Below the pieces are notes generated by a model that did not search any database, was not told the origin of the DNA, and worked only from the letters and a program-made list of their open reading frames with translations. A stretch of DNA of 53,439 bases from an uncultured Thermoplasmatales archaeon. GTDB lineage: Archaea > Thermoplasmatota > E2 > DHVEG-1. How positions within the stretch are numbered: the stretch's first letter is position 1; each line of letters begins with the position of its first letter. Positions 29,555 through 39,286 of the stretch are shown here, in pieces. Both the position numbers and the translations under genes were made by a program. Location of the stretch: the NCBI GenBank assembly GCA_964648565.1, contig CAZYLG010000004.1, positions 1 through 53,439 of the forward strand. Direction: 5' to 3'.

Positions 29555-30874
29555 ATGAATCATGTTTTAGTCCTAGGTGCTGGTATGGTTTCCAGGCCAC
29601 TTGTTAGATACCTTTTAGATTTATCTGGTGTCACGGTGACTATGGCCAGTCGCACAGTAGAAAAAGCAGAAGCAATCATTAATAATCATTCAGATGGAAA
29701 CGCAGTAACTCTTGATGTTCAAAATGATGAAAAGCTTGAATCACTTGTAAAAAATGCGGATGTGATCGTAAGTTTACTTCCTTATACATATCACGTGAAA
29801 GTAGCAAAACTTTGCATCGATCATAAGAAACATTTAGTGACTACTTCTTATGTAAGTAAAGAAATGCAAGCACTTGACGAGGATGCAAAACAATCTGGAA
29901 TTTTATTATTGAACGAATGTGGTCTTGATCCCGGTATTGATCATATGAGCGCAATGAAAATCATTCATGACGTAGAAAAACAAAATGGATACATTCAACA
30001 TTTCAAATCAACAACCGGTGCTTTACCATCTCATGAAAACAATACCAATCCATATGGTTACAAATTCAGTTGGTCTCCTCGCGGTGTTTTACTTGCTTCA
30101 CGAAATCCTGCAAAATGGTTAGAAAATGGAGAAATTGTTTCTATTCCTGGTGAAAAACTTTTTGAAAATTATAGATTACAAGATGTACCTGATGTTGGAA
30201 CGTTTGAAAATTATCCAAATCGCGATTCAGTTCAATACAAAGATATTTATGGCTTAGAAAAGGCTGAAACTGTTTACCGAGGAACCTTTCGAATGACCGG
30301 TTGGTGTGAAACACTACGAGCAATAGCTAAAATAGGTTGGCTTGACGATACAGAAATCAATGGTTCAAACATTAAAACATATGCTGATGTTACTGCGCTT
30401 CTTTTATCCACAAATAAAGATTCATTATATGAAGAAACCGCTTCAATATTACGTCTTCCAAAGTATGCAGCGGTCTTGAAACGCTTGGAATGGCTTGGAT
30501 TATTTAGTGATATTTTATTACCTGAAGATAAAAACAATCCATTAGATTATTTGAACGTATTAAGCCTGAAGAAGATGTCTTTACCCGATGATGAAAAAGA
30601 CATGATTGTCATGCATCATGAATTCACTGCAGTTTATGATGACAAAAAAGAATATCTTACCTCAACATTGGTTAACTATGGAGAACCACATGGTGATAGT
30701 GCCGTTGCTCGAACAGTGGCATTTCCTGCAGCAATTGCAGTGAAAATGATTTTAAACAACACCATACGGATGACTGGTGTGCACATCCCAATCATTCCTG
30801 AAATCTATAATCCAATTCTAGATGAACTTGAAACAATGGATATCAAATTTTCAGAAACAAAAAAACAAATCTAA
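29555..30874 (+). CDS. Saccharopine dehydrogenase family protein (NADP+, L-glutamate-forming type)
   Basis: Rossmann N-terminus 'VLVLGAGMVSRPLVRYLL' and 'CGLDPGIDHM'. Length is ~440 aa. Confidence 0.8.
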   Translation: MNHVLVLGAGMVSRPLVRYLLDLSGVTVTMASRTVEKAEAIINNHSDGNAVTLDVQNDEKLESLVKNADVIVSLLPYTYHVKVAKLCIDHKKHLVTTSYVSKEMQALDEDAKQSGILLLNECGLDPGIDHMSAMKIIHDVEKQNGYIQHFKSTTGALPSHENNTNPYGYKFSWSPRGVLLASRNPAKWLENGEIVSIPGEKLFENYRLQDVPDVGTFENYPNRDSVQYKDIYGLEKAETVYRGTFRMTGWCETLRAIAKIGWLDDTEINGSNIKTYADVTALLLSTNKDSLYEETASILRLPKYAAVLKRLEWLGLFSDILLPEDKNNPLDYLNVLSLKKMSLPDDEKDMIVMHHEFTAVYDDKKEYLTSTLVNYGEPHGDSAVARTVAFPAAIAVKMILNNTIRMTGVHIPIIPEIYNPILDELETMDIKFSETKKQI

Positions 30875-30876
30875 CC

Positions 30877-30910
30877 TTTTTTGTTTCTCAACTTTTTTTC
30901 TCATTTTTTT
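30877..30910 (+). terminator. Oligo-T-rich region after the saccharopine dehydrogenase gene
   Basis: T6, T7 and T7 runs fall within 34 nt after the stop. GAAACAAAAAA (30854-30864) can pair with TTTTTTGTTTC (30877-30887). Confidence 0.4.
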
Positions 30911-31106
30911 GTCGTAAGTTTTTAAAGTAATGAACACCTTATTACTATTATAAAAATGGGGACATAACCATGAAGCATGATGCTTTCACTCTCTTGTCAA
31001 TGAATTTTATCTTCTTTTTAATAAAAAAGCGACGATTTATTCTAAACTATTTTGCAAAGATCAGCGTATTTGATAATATTTGCAATACCTGGAGGTTGTC
31101 AGTTAA

Positions 31107-33434
31107 ATGAAAAATAAGTTTATTATACTAATTTTTGTAGGAATACTTTCAGTTCAAGCAATTGTCACTCCACTTCATCATAATCTTTTAGCTACAGAAA
31201 CAAACAGACCTGCTGAGGAATCTAAACTTCTTGTTCGAATTGATGCCACACTAGATCTACCACTCCTTTTAGATACCATGGAGATTGTAAGTGGCTATCC
31301 AGGTTCATACATTGAAGTAATTATCCCTGAGGAAGAACTTGATTATTTTTCTGATCAAGGCATTTCCTATACCATAATAGATAAGGATTTTGATACAACT
31401 TCTTCATCACTTATTGATTCATATCCGACCATAGATGAATTCGAACAACAATTAGAAACCATTGCTTCAAATTATCCAGAGATAACTTCGTTGTTTAGTA
31501 TTGGAAAAAGCTATGAGGATCGAGAGTTGTGGTGTCTAGAAATAACTGATAATCCTGGAAAAGAAGAACAGGAACCCGAAGTTCTTTTCATGGGTGTTCA
31601 TCATGCTCGCGAATGGCCTACTCTTGCTATTACTCTCTCATTGATCAAAGAACTCGTTGAATCATATGGAATAAATGATACCATTACTGAACTTGTAAAT
31701 AACCGAAGAATCTGGGTTATGCCTTGTGTAAATCCAGATGGGTATCACTATGATCACGATGAATTTAATGGCAATCAATGGTGGCGAAAAAATAGACATT
31801 ATTTCCCAGATTTTAGATTATATGGAGTTGATCTCAATAGAAATTATGGTGGAAGCAGCAACGGCCTTCCAGAATCAATGTGGGGTTCATTTGGCATTAG
31901 CCATCATCCAAAGTCTGCAGTATACTGTGGCACTGAACCATTTTCTGAATTAGAAATACGTCATATTAAACAGTTTTTCCTAAATCATTCCATAGATGCG
32001 TCTATTAGTTGGCATACATATGGAGAACTTGTCATGTGGCCATGGGGATATTCTACTGAAGACCAAGCACCAGATGAAGAATACATGAGTTCGATTGGAC
32101 ACGATATTGCTCAAGAAATCACCCAAATAGATGGATCTGGTTTTTACACTCCGACTCAAAGTTCTGGATTATATCCAACAACAGGGGATACCACCGATTG
32201 GTTTTATGGTTATAGTCATTATGTTTTAGGTCGACCACATTTTGCATATACCATTGAATCCTGCGATTCATTTCATCCTGATGAATCATATTTGAATCAG
32301 GTTTGTGATGAAAATGTTGATGGTGCACTTGTTTTGTTAAAAGAAGCTAAAAATATCACACAGGTCTCATCTCGAGTATTGCCACCAAAGGTAATTCAAA
32401 CTCATAATTGTGAAAATGGTTCACTTAAAGTGACATGGGAAGAACAAAACCCAAAAGCAGGATTGCAAAAAATATCAGTACAACAATTATCTGATTGTTC
32501 GATTACAGTTGATCAAGTCACAGACGAAAATATACATTGGGATCTATCCGGTTTTACGATAAGCTCTTCACGATCTCAATCTGGAGAATATTCATATAAA
32601 TCTCATGTAAAAGATGGTGAAGTATCGGCGATGACAAGTTCATATCCAATTTTTGTTACACCCGATATGAAATTATCATTCTGGTGTTCATATGATATTG
32701 AAGAACAATATGATCATGCGTTTGTAGAAATAAGTACGAATCAACGAACATATACTGTACTGGATTCATTCACCGGAGATAGCTCAGAATGGAAATATAA
32801 TGAATATGATCTTAGTAAATACGAAGGACAATCAATATTTATTCGATTCCGTTATTTTACTGATGCAAATACAAATGAAGATGGATTTTGGGTTGATGAT
32901 ATTTATCCAGTGAGTACGTTTACATCAGTTTCTACTATTAATCAAAACATTGTTTCTTCACCATTTTATCTTTCAGTTCCTCATAATTCAACTAGTTATT
33001 TCAGAATAAAAGGATATAATGAAGCCTATCAGTGGGGTGATTATAGTCAGATCTACCCACTTTCAGAATTTATGGGGAACTTAGCTCCACTTATTCCAAC
33101 TATATCTGGAGATACCCGAGGAAAAACCGGTAACTCTCAAACCTATACCATTCGCAGTATTGATCCAAATCAAGATGATGTTTTCTATCAAGTTAATTGG
33201 GGTGATGGTAACCAAACCGGTTGGATTGGACCCTATTCATCAGGTGAGTCAATTGAAGTTGAACATATATGGAATGCTGATGGAACGTATACTATCACTG
33301 CAAGGGCAAAAGATACAGATGATGCACTAAGTGAGTGGGGTGATTTGGAAGTACGAATGCCATATACTTTTAATCATCCGTTGATTCATCGGATCCAAAC
33401 ATTGATTAAATGGATATGTTCATTATCCTCATAA
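31107..33434 (+). CDS. Secreted M14-family zinc carboxypeptidase with C-terminal beta-sandwich and PKD-like domains
   Basis: Signal peptide 'FIILIFVGILSVQA'. Zn ligands sit in 'GVHHAREWPT' (HxxE) and 'SWHTYGELVMWPWGY'. The C-terminus carries 'YQVNWGDGNQTGW...YTITARAKDTDD' (PKD-like). GGAGGT lies upstream of the ATG. Confidence 0.8.
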   Translation: MKNKFIILIFVGILSVQAIVTPLHHNLLATETNRPAEESKLLVRIDATLDLPLLLDTMEIVSGYPGSYIEVIIPEEELDYFSDQGISYTIIDKDFDTTSSSLIDSYPTIDEFEQQLETIASNYPEITSLFSIGKSYEDRELWCLEITDNPGKEEQEPEVLFMGVHHAREWPTLAITLSLIKELVESYGINDTITELVNNRRIWVMPCVNPDGYHYDHDEFNGNQWWRKNRHYFPDFRLYGVDLNRNYGGSSNGLPESMWGSFGISHHPKSAVYCGTEPFSELEIRHIKQFFLNHSIDASISWHTYGELVMWPWGYSTEDQAPDEEYMSSIGHDIAQEITQIDGSGFYTPTQSSGLYPTTGDTTDWFYGYSHYVLGRPHFAYTIESCDSFHPDESYLNQVCDENVDGALVLLKEAKNITQVSSRVLPPKVIQTHNCENGSLKVTWEEQNPKAGLQKISVQQLSDCSITVDQVTDENIHWDLSGFTISSSRSQSGEYSYKSHVKDGEVSAMTSSYPIFVTPDMKLSFWCSYDIEEQYDHAFVEISTNQRTYTVLDSFTGDSSEWKYNEYDLSKYEGQSIFIRFRYFTDANTNEDGFWVDDIYPVSTFTSVSTINQNIVSSPFYLSVPHNSTSYFRIKGYNEAYQWGDYSQIYPLSEFMGNLAPLIPTISGDTRGKTGNSQTYTIRSIDPNQDDVFYQVNWGDGNQTGWIGPYSSGESIEVEHIWNADGTYTITARAKDTDDALSEWGDLEVRMPYTFNHPLIHRIQTLIKWICSLSS

Positions 33435-33613
33435 TGCAAAAAATAGAGATGCGCGCAGAAAATCAAAAACTAACGATTTCTTCGTTCATACATTTTTTTC
33501 TAATTATTATTTGATAAATGAATTTTTTTCACCGATATCATTTTATAACTGCTACGGATACCCGTCTAACGACACCGTAAACAAATTGCTCCTTATGGAG
33601 GTGAAAAGATAAT

Positions 33614-34930
33614 ATGGCTGTAACACCAAATAACGTTCATAATACGTTAAGCAGATATATGCTTGTTGATGGATTTGACCTTGTTTTAGATCTTAAGAAA
33701 AGTAAGGGATGTCAAATTTATGACTCCCGACATGATCGCTTTCTTTTAGATGGTTTTTCATTTTTTGCTTCTTCTCCATTAGGATGTAATCATCCCGCAT
33801 TGAATAATCCTGATTTCGTTATTAAAATTGGTGAAATTGCAGTTAACAAACCTACAAATTCTGATTTATATACGCAAGAAATGGCTGATTTTGTTGACAC
33901 TTTTGGTCGTCTTGCAGTTCCTGATTATTTCAAACATTTATTTTTTGTCAGTGGCGGATCACTTGCCGTTGAAAATGGATTGAAAACCGCTTTTGACTGG
34001 AAAGTACGAAAAAACATGGCGGCAGGAAATGGAGAGAAAGGATCTAAGATTCTTCATTTCAAAGATGCATTTCATGGAAGGACAGGATATACACTTCCAA
34101 TGACCAATACCTTTGATCCGAATAAAACAAAATATTTCCCCGTGTTGCAATGGCCACGGATCATTAATCCAAAAATCAAATTTCCATTAAACGAAGAACA
34201 TTTGAAAGAAGTTGTAAATCTTGAAAAACAAGCTGTAGATGAAATAGAAAATGCATTTGCGCAACATCCTGATGATATTGCAGCTCTCATCATTGAACCG
34301 ATTCAAGGAGAAGGTGGCGATCATCATTTTAGAAAAGAATTTTTCAAGGAAATACGAAGGCTTTGTGATGATCACGACATCATGTTCATGGTTGATGAAG
34401 TTCAAAGTGGTGTTGGTCTTACTGGAAAAATGTGGGCTCATGAACATTTTGATGTTCAACCGGATATTCTTGCATTTGGTAAAAAAACACAAGTATGCGG
34501 TATCATGGTCGGTGACAAAGTAGATGAAGTGAAAGATAATGTGTTCAATGTGAGCAGCCGTATCAATTCCACCTGGGGTGGAAATTTAGTGGACATGCTT
34601 CGAGCTCAAAAATATTTTGAGGTTATCCAAGAAGACCGCTTATTACAAAACGCTGAAGTTCAAGGAAAAAGATTACTTGAAGGGTTAGAATCACTTGAAC
34701 AAAAATATCCGCAATTACTTTCTAATGCTCGAGGTCGCGGGTTGATGTGTGCATTTGATTTGCCAACACCAGATAAACGAGATGAAATGATTAATAAATT
34801 ATACAAAAACGGTCTTGTTGTGCTAGGTTGTGGATCAAGTACTATTCGATTCAGACCTCCACTTATCATCTCTGAAAAGGAAATTGATGACACTATTGAT
34901 ATCATCAATGACACTGCAAAATCTTTCTGA
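33614..34930 (+). CDS. lat: L-lysine 6-transaminase (L-lysine epsilon-aminotransferase)
   Basis: 'RYMLVDGFDLVLDLKKSKG', 'FFASSPLGCNHPAL' and the PLP-lysine segment 'DILAFGKKTQVCG' are collinear with characterised LAT enzymes. GGAGGTGA lies upstream. Confidence 0.8.
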   Translation: MAVTPNNVHNTLSRYMLVDGFDLVLDLKKSKGCQIYDSRHDRFLLDGFSFFASSPLGCNHPALNNPDFVIKIGEIAVNKPTNSDLYTQEMADFVDTFGRLAVPDYFKHLFFVSGGSLAVENGLKTAFDWKVRKNMAAGNGEKGSKILHFKDAFHGRTGYTLPMTNTFDPNKTKYFPVLQWPRIINPKIKFPLNEEHLKEVVNLEKQAVDEIENAFAQHPDDIAALIIEPIQGEGGDHHFRKEFFKEIRRLCDDHDIMFMVDEVQSGVGLTGKMWAHEHFDVQPDILAFGKKTQVCGIMVGDKVDEVKDNVFNVSSRINSTWGGNLVDMLRAQKYFEVIQEDRLLQNAEVQGKRLLEGLESLEQKYPQLLSNARGRGLMCAFDLPTPDKRDEMINKLYKNGLVVLGCGSSTIRFRPPLIISEKEIDDTIDIINDTAKSF

Positions 34931-34944
34931 TAAGGAAAAATAAA

Positions 34945-34972
34945 AAAGGAAAACTTTTGGATTTTTTCCTTT
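34945..34972. terminator. A/T-rich hairpin between convergent lat and glyS
   Basis: AAAGGAAAA (34945-34953) pairs with TTTTCCTTT (34964-34972) across a 10-nt loop. T/A runs flank it on both sides. Confidence 0.35.
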
Positions 34973-34976
34973 GCCC

Positions 34977-36635
34977 TTATTTTTTTTCTAATTGATCTTT
35001 GATTTGGTTAATGACATCCTTTATTGCTACGCGCTGCTGTTCTGTAGTGTCTCGATTCCGAATGGTTACTTGATTATCATCTAAACTCTCAAAATCAACC
35101 GTGACACAGAATGGTGTCCCTATCTCATCCATTCGAGCATATCTTCTACCGATACTACCTCCATCATCATATGTAGTAAAAATATTGTTTTCTCGGAATG
35201 TTTTATCCAATTTTTTTGCGATTTTTATAAGTTTTTCATCACTGATTAATGGAAACACTCCCACTTTGACAGGAGCCATTGATGGAGGTAATAATAATTT
35301 CCGGTATTCCTCATCATTTTTTGTTTCTTCATGATAATTATGTTCAAGTAAACAATATAAGATTCGATCGATGCCATATGATGGTTCGATAACATGAGGA
35401 ACAAATTTATCACCTGGAACAGTCACTGTTTCTTCTTCGATAGCATAGCAGGTATCTGGAATCCTAATCTTTTCATTATCTACCTCTATGACGAAAGGTT
35501 CTGGGATATTCTCCGCATCCATTGATTCTAATTTCTCTTTGATAATTCCTGCACGTTGTTTGAATTCTGGTCCAAGAACATTCATCTTTGGAACGATTTG
35601 TTTTTTGGTAACTCTTTTGGGTTCGTCATATCGACGTAACGCGTACATATCAGTTTTTGAAGCAGTAATATGTGCATTTAGATCATATGCGCTCCGATCG
35701 GCGATGCCCACACATTCAACCCAACCGAACCGTTCGCTGAGTAGTTCTGCATCCCAGCATTCCTTTGCATAATGAGCTAGTTCATCATCGGCGTGTTTTC
35801 GAAAACGGAATTTTTCAGGATCAACACCTGCATCGAGGAGAATGCTTTGGGTCATGTACATGTAAAATGCTAATGCTTGATTGTTAATGATGCCTTCATC
35901 AACTGCTTTTTTCATTGGGACTTTCATATCGTTGACATTATCGTAAAGATACAGTTCATGATCTTTTACTTCATCGAATAATTCGTGGCTTTTATTCTCC
36001 GGGTCAAAAAAGATTTCTGCTTCGGCCATAGAGAACTCCCTCATTCGAATTGGTCCTTGCCTTGGAGAAACTTCATTACGGTATCCTTTGCCGAGTTGCA
36101 CAACACCAAAGGGAAGTTTTTCCCTAGCATAGCGATATAAAAGATGAAACCCCGTAAAAATACCTTGAGCGGTTTCAGGCCGTAAAAACGCATCTCGTGT
36201 TTTCCCGATACCTATTTCAGTGGAAAACATGAGATTGACAGGATGGGCATTGGAAAGTTTTGATCCACAATCTGGACACGTTATGGTATCATTTGCTACG
36301 GCTTCTTCAACCGTTTGATTTTCATCAATGATATCTTCAACTTTAAATGATGTTTGACATTGTTTACAATCAACGGTTAAGTCTGTAAACTCATCAACAT
36401 GACCAGATGCTTTTAAAACTTCATAAAGAGTAATTGTTGGTGTACTGATTTCTACATTTGCATCTTTAAGTAAATAGTATTTTCTCCATAGATTTTCAAG
36501 ATTTTCTTTTAATCGGGATCCCATTGGTCCATAATCATAAAAACCTGCAGAACCTCCATAGATTTCAAAAGATGGATAGAGAAATCCTCTTCTCTTTGCT
36601 AGCATTATTATTTTGTCGTAAGTATCTAAAGCCAT
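34977..36635 (-). CDS. glyS: Glycine--tRNA ligase, archaeal/eukaryotic homodimeric type
   Basis: 'AKRRGFLYPSFEIYGGSAGFYDYGPMG', class-II motifs and a C-terminal anticodon-binding domain. Confidence 0.95.
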   Translation of the reverse strand: MALDTYDKIIMLAKRRGFLYPSFEIYGGSAGFYDYGPMGSRLKENLENLWRKYYLLKDANVEISTPTITLYEVLKASGHVDEFTDLTVDCKQCQTSFKVEDIIDENQTVEEAVANDTITCPDCGSKLSNAHPVNLMFSTEIGIGKTRDAFLRPETAQGIFTGFHLLYRYAREKLPFGVVQLGKGYRNEVSPRQGPIRMREFSMAEAEIFFDPENKSHELFDEVKDHELYLYDNVNDMKVPMKKAVDEGIINNQALAFYMYMTQSILLDAGVDPEKFRFRKHADDELAHYAKECWDAELLSERFGWVECVGIADRSAYDLNAHITASKTDMYALRRYDEPKRVTKKQIVPKMNVLGPEFKQRAGIIKEKLESMDAENIPEPFVIEVDNEKIRIPDTCYAIEEETVTVPGDKFVPHVIEPSYGIDRILYCLLEHNYHEETKNDEEYRKLLLPPSMAPVKVGVFPLISDEKLIKIAKKLDKTFRENNIFTTYDDGGSIGRRYARMDEIGTPFCVTVDFESLDDNQVTIRNRDTTEQQRVAIKDVINQIKDQLEKK

Positions 36636-36675
36636 AGGTGAATTTTTCTCCTTAATAATATGAAATTCTTTGATT

Positions 36676-37533
36676 TTATGATAAACATGACATTAAATCA
36701 ATATCGGTTACCATGCCAACTAGTCTATCTTCTGAATTAACAATAGGGATATGACTAATGTCGTTTTTAATCATTATTTTTGCAACATCACAAACAGGTG
36801 TTCTTTTCGTAGCTGTTTTCACTTTTTTTATCATTACTTTTTCGACTGGTTCCATAGGTAGAGATACTTCTGAAGTTGAATGATACATTCGAACAGTATC
36901 TCTTATTCCTTCCCATGTCCATTGGTCTTCATCATCTCCGATTCCCATATGTGATTCTTCGATTTCTTCTTTGATCTGGCTGAGTTTGAATATGTCTCCA
37001 TCAGTAACAATTCCAATTACTTTTCGATGTTCATCTAAAACGGGTAATGCATTTTCATTGGTGATGTTAATAATTTCCATGACGATGTTTATTGGTGTTT
37101 CCTTATATACTGGAACAACTTTGGTTGTTGATAAACTTTTGACTTTTTCATCATGTTTTTGTTGAACGAGTACTTTTAAAATTTCTCTTGGGCTGATGAT
37201 TCCTACAAGTTGATTTTTAGTGGATACAACTGGGAGTCCATGGATTCGTTGTTCGTATAAAATTTTTGCAGCTTTTTCAATGTTGTCCTTTGGTTTAATT
37301 GACGCGTAATCTTCGTTCATAACCATAGCTAATTGGTCTTCTTCAGCATTTTTGAAAATATCCGTGCGGGTAACTACTCCTTTGATGAGATCTGTACCTT
37401 TTTTTAATACGGGGATACCTGTAACATCATTTTTGGATAAGATTGTTAATGCTTCTTCGACTGTTCCTGGAACATATCCGACTATTAATTCTTTTGACAT
37501 TATTTCTTCGACGTTCATATCATCCCTCTTCAA
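36676..37533 (-). CDS. CBS-domain protein (four CBS repeats)
   Basis: Four repeats of the 'M...v......(s/t)v.ea..ll.....gg.PVvd....l.GivT..Di' pattern. Confidence 0.8.
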   Translation of the reverse strand: MKRDDMNVEEIMSKELIVGYVPGTVEEALTILSKNDVTGIPVLKKGTDLIKGVVTRTDIFKNAEEDQLAMVMNEDYASIKPKDNIEKAAKILYEQRIHGLPVVSTKNQLVGIISPREILKVLVQQKHDEKVKSLSTTKVVPVYKETPINIVMEIINITNENALPVLDEHRKVIGIVTDGDIFKLSQIKEEIEESHMGIGDDEDQWTWEGIRDTVRMYHSTSEVSLPMEPVEKVMIKKVKTATKRTPVCDVAKIMIKNDISHIPIVNSEDRLVGMVTDIDLMSCLS

Positions 37534-38548
37534 CCTTTTTTAGTATTGTTTTAATCTGATAATTATTTGGATTCAGAACTATCCATGTTTTTGGGAGTGT
37601 GGAACCAGGAATATTATCTTTTAAATTTAAATCTTTCCTTACGTTATAGGTGCTCATAAGAAATAGTTCTTCGATGGAGAAAAGGTTTGGAAGATTGGCT
37701 TGAATGAACTGAATTTCTTTAATTATGCTAGGAGGATGAAACATGAAGTTGTCAGTTCCAAGAAAGATTTTATTTCCAGTTTGTTTCATTCTTATAAGGT
37801 TTGGTTTCAAACCGAAGAAGTGATTTGATCTAGGACAAACAACTATTGGTATCTTTTGATCTTTAACCTTTTCTAAATCCTTTTTTGATGCTTGGTTCAT
37901 GTGAACGATGAAATCAGGTTGTAAAGAAAGAACTGGGTCAATTGGTTCTCTAATTCGTTCGCTTGTGTGAAGTGCGAATTTTTTATTTTTTTTCTTTGTT
38001 TGTTCGACGATTTGACTAATAGTGTCATATTCCATATCTTCAAGACTGCTAATTGCTATGCCATCTGAATGCTGTAAAAGAGTGTTTATTTCAGTTGAAG
38101 AAAAATTATGCTTTTTAGGTCTTCCCAATATCATTGATTGTAATGGGATTTGATCTAATGCTTTCTTGAGAAGATGAATGCCGTTTATTCCATTTTCTCT
38201 AAAATCAATAAATGTTGAGATTCCTTCTTGTTGAAGTTCTTGTAAACCATGAATGATTCCTTGAAGTATCTCCGGGTCATCTGTTCTGTTTAAAAGCGTA
38301 TGTTTCAATCCGTTAGGCGGTGCGACGAGCTGTTCAATGTTATGAGGTAATGGAATATTTTTTTCTCGAATGAACGTATCGCCTATGTGGGTGTGAGCGT
38401 TAACAAATGTGGGTATGATAAGTGATTTTTCAGCTGATGATTTTGATGATGTGCCAAAATGTATTGTTGGATTTTCCGTGTTTTTTAAAAGGATATATCC
38501 ATTTTTGAATCCTTGTCTAGTTAATACTTTTCCTTCAATACAGTTCAT
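37520..38548 (-). CDS. Amidohydrolase-superfamily protein (nucleobase/nucleoside deaminase-like)
   Basis: 'PTFVNAHTHIGD', 'FALHTSE', 'IVHMN' and 'FLGTDN' supply the metal-ligand pattern. The ORF extends to 38614, but the ATG at 38548 (MNCIEGK) avoids overlap with the upstream gene. The 3' end overlaps the CBS gene by 14 nt. Confidence 0.7.
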   Translation of the reverse strand: MNCIEGKVLTRQGFKNGYILLKNTENPTIHFGTSSKSSAEKSLIIPTFVNAHTHIGDTFIREKNIPLPHNIEQLVAPPNGLKHTLLNRTDDPEILQGIIHGLQELQQEGISTFIDFRENGINGIHLLKKALDQIPLQSMILGRPKKHNFSSTEINTLLQHSDGIAISSLEDMEYDTISQIVEQTKKKNKKFALHTSERIREPIDPVLSLQPDFIVHMNQASKKDLEKVKDQKIPIVVCPRSNHFFGLKPNLIRMKQTGNKIFLGTDNFMFHPPSIIKEIQFIQANLPNLFSIEELFLMSTYNVRKDLNLKDNIPGSTLPKTWIVLNPNNYQIKTILKKVEEG

Positions 38549-38573
38549 ATTTTCATTTTTCAGTGAATTTTTT

Positions 38574-39197
38574 TTATTTCTTTTTAACCTGTATCTTTTT
38601 AAGTAACCATGCAATATTTTCTCCGAGGTTTCTCATGTTGTCTAATCCTTCTTCATCAGCGTTTACATCACCAATATCTTTTCCAATTCCGGTGTTCCAA
38701 TAAATCGAGCCAGGTATAATCATTTCTTCTATCAAGAAAAAATGATTAATGGCGTTGAACGCATGAATTGCCCCAGCTCTTCGGACAGCAACAATTGCTG
38801 CTCCGATCTTATGTCTGAACGCATTATCATTTGCTCTTCCCACACGTCCTGCACGGTCTATGAGTGCTTTCATTTCTGCAGTTACATTTGAAAAATAGGT
38901 GGGAGAACCTAAAAGAATGGCATCTGCATCCATCATTTTTTTAATACACTGATTTACAATATCGTCTTTCTGAAAACAAGTATTATCTTTTAACTTATAG
39001 CATTGATTGCATGCGTTGCATCCATTGATTTGTTCACCTGCAAGTTGAATCATTTCGCAATCAATATCATGTTTTTTAAGGATGGAGAATACTTCATTGA
39101 TTAGTATTGCTGTGTTTCCATTTTTTCGGGCGCTGCCGTTAATTGCAAGTGCTTTCATACGTAGAAAAGTATCTTTTAGGGTATTATAAATCTTCAT
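38574..39197 (-). CDS. Iron-sulfur flavoprotein (Isf-like, NADPH-dependent FMN reductase fold)
   Basis: 'MKALAINGSARKNGNT' is the flavodoxin-like N-terminus. The compact Cys motif 'CNACNQCYKLKDNTC' (Cx2Cx2Cx7C) matches methanogen Isf. The internal Met14 is a likely true start. Confidence 0.7.
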   Translation of the reverse strand: MKIYNTLKDTFLRMKALAINGSARKNGNTAILINEVFSILKKHDIDCEMIQLAGEQINGCNACNQCYKLKDNTCFQKDDIVNQCIKKMMDADAILLGSPTYFSNVTAEMKALIDRAGRVGRANDNAFRHKIGAAIVAVRRAGAIHAFNAINHFFLIEEMIIPGSIYWNTGIGKDIGDVNADEEGLDNMRNLGENIAWLLKKIQVKKK

Positions 39198-39286
39198 GGT
39201 CGGTTTGGTTGATTTTACTTTTTTTTTAAAGGATAATCTTTATTAGAAAAACGTGAATTCATTGTTTGAACGTTATTTGAAAAAAA

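Noticed and set aside
30970-31110. 46-aa ORF (MKHDAFTLLSMNFIFF...) ending in an ATGA overlap with the M14 carboxypeptidase start.
   Set aside because: It has no RBS, is hydrophobic and low-complexity, and contains the GGAGGT RBS of the downstream gene. It is probably fortuitous.
33435-33613. Possible lysine riboswitch in the 179-nt leader of the lysine aminotransferase gene (contains AGAGATGCGCGC, reminiscent of the L-box start).
   Set aside because: I could not trace the multi-helix L-box architecture or its other conserved segments. The leader is barely long enough, and L-boxes are a bacterial feature. A covariance-model scan would settle it.
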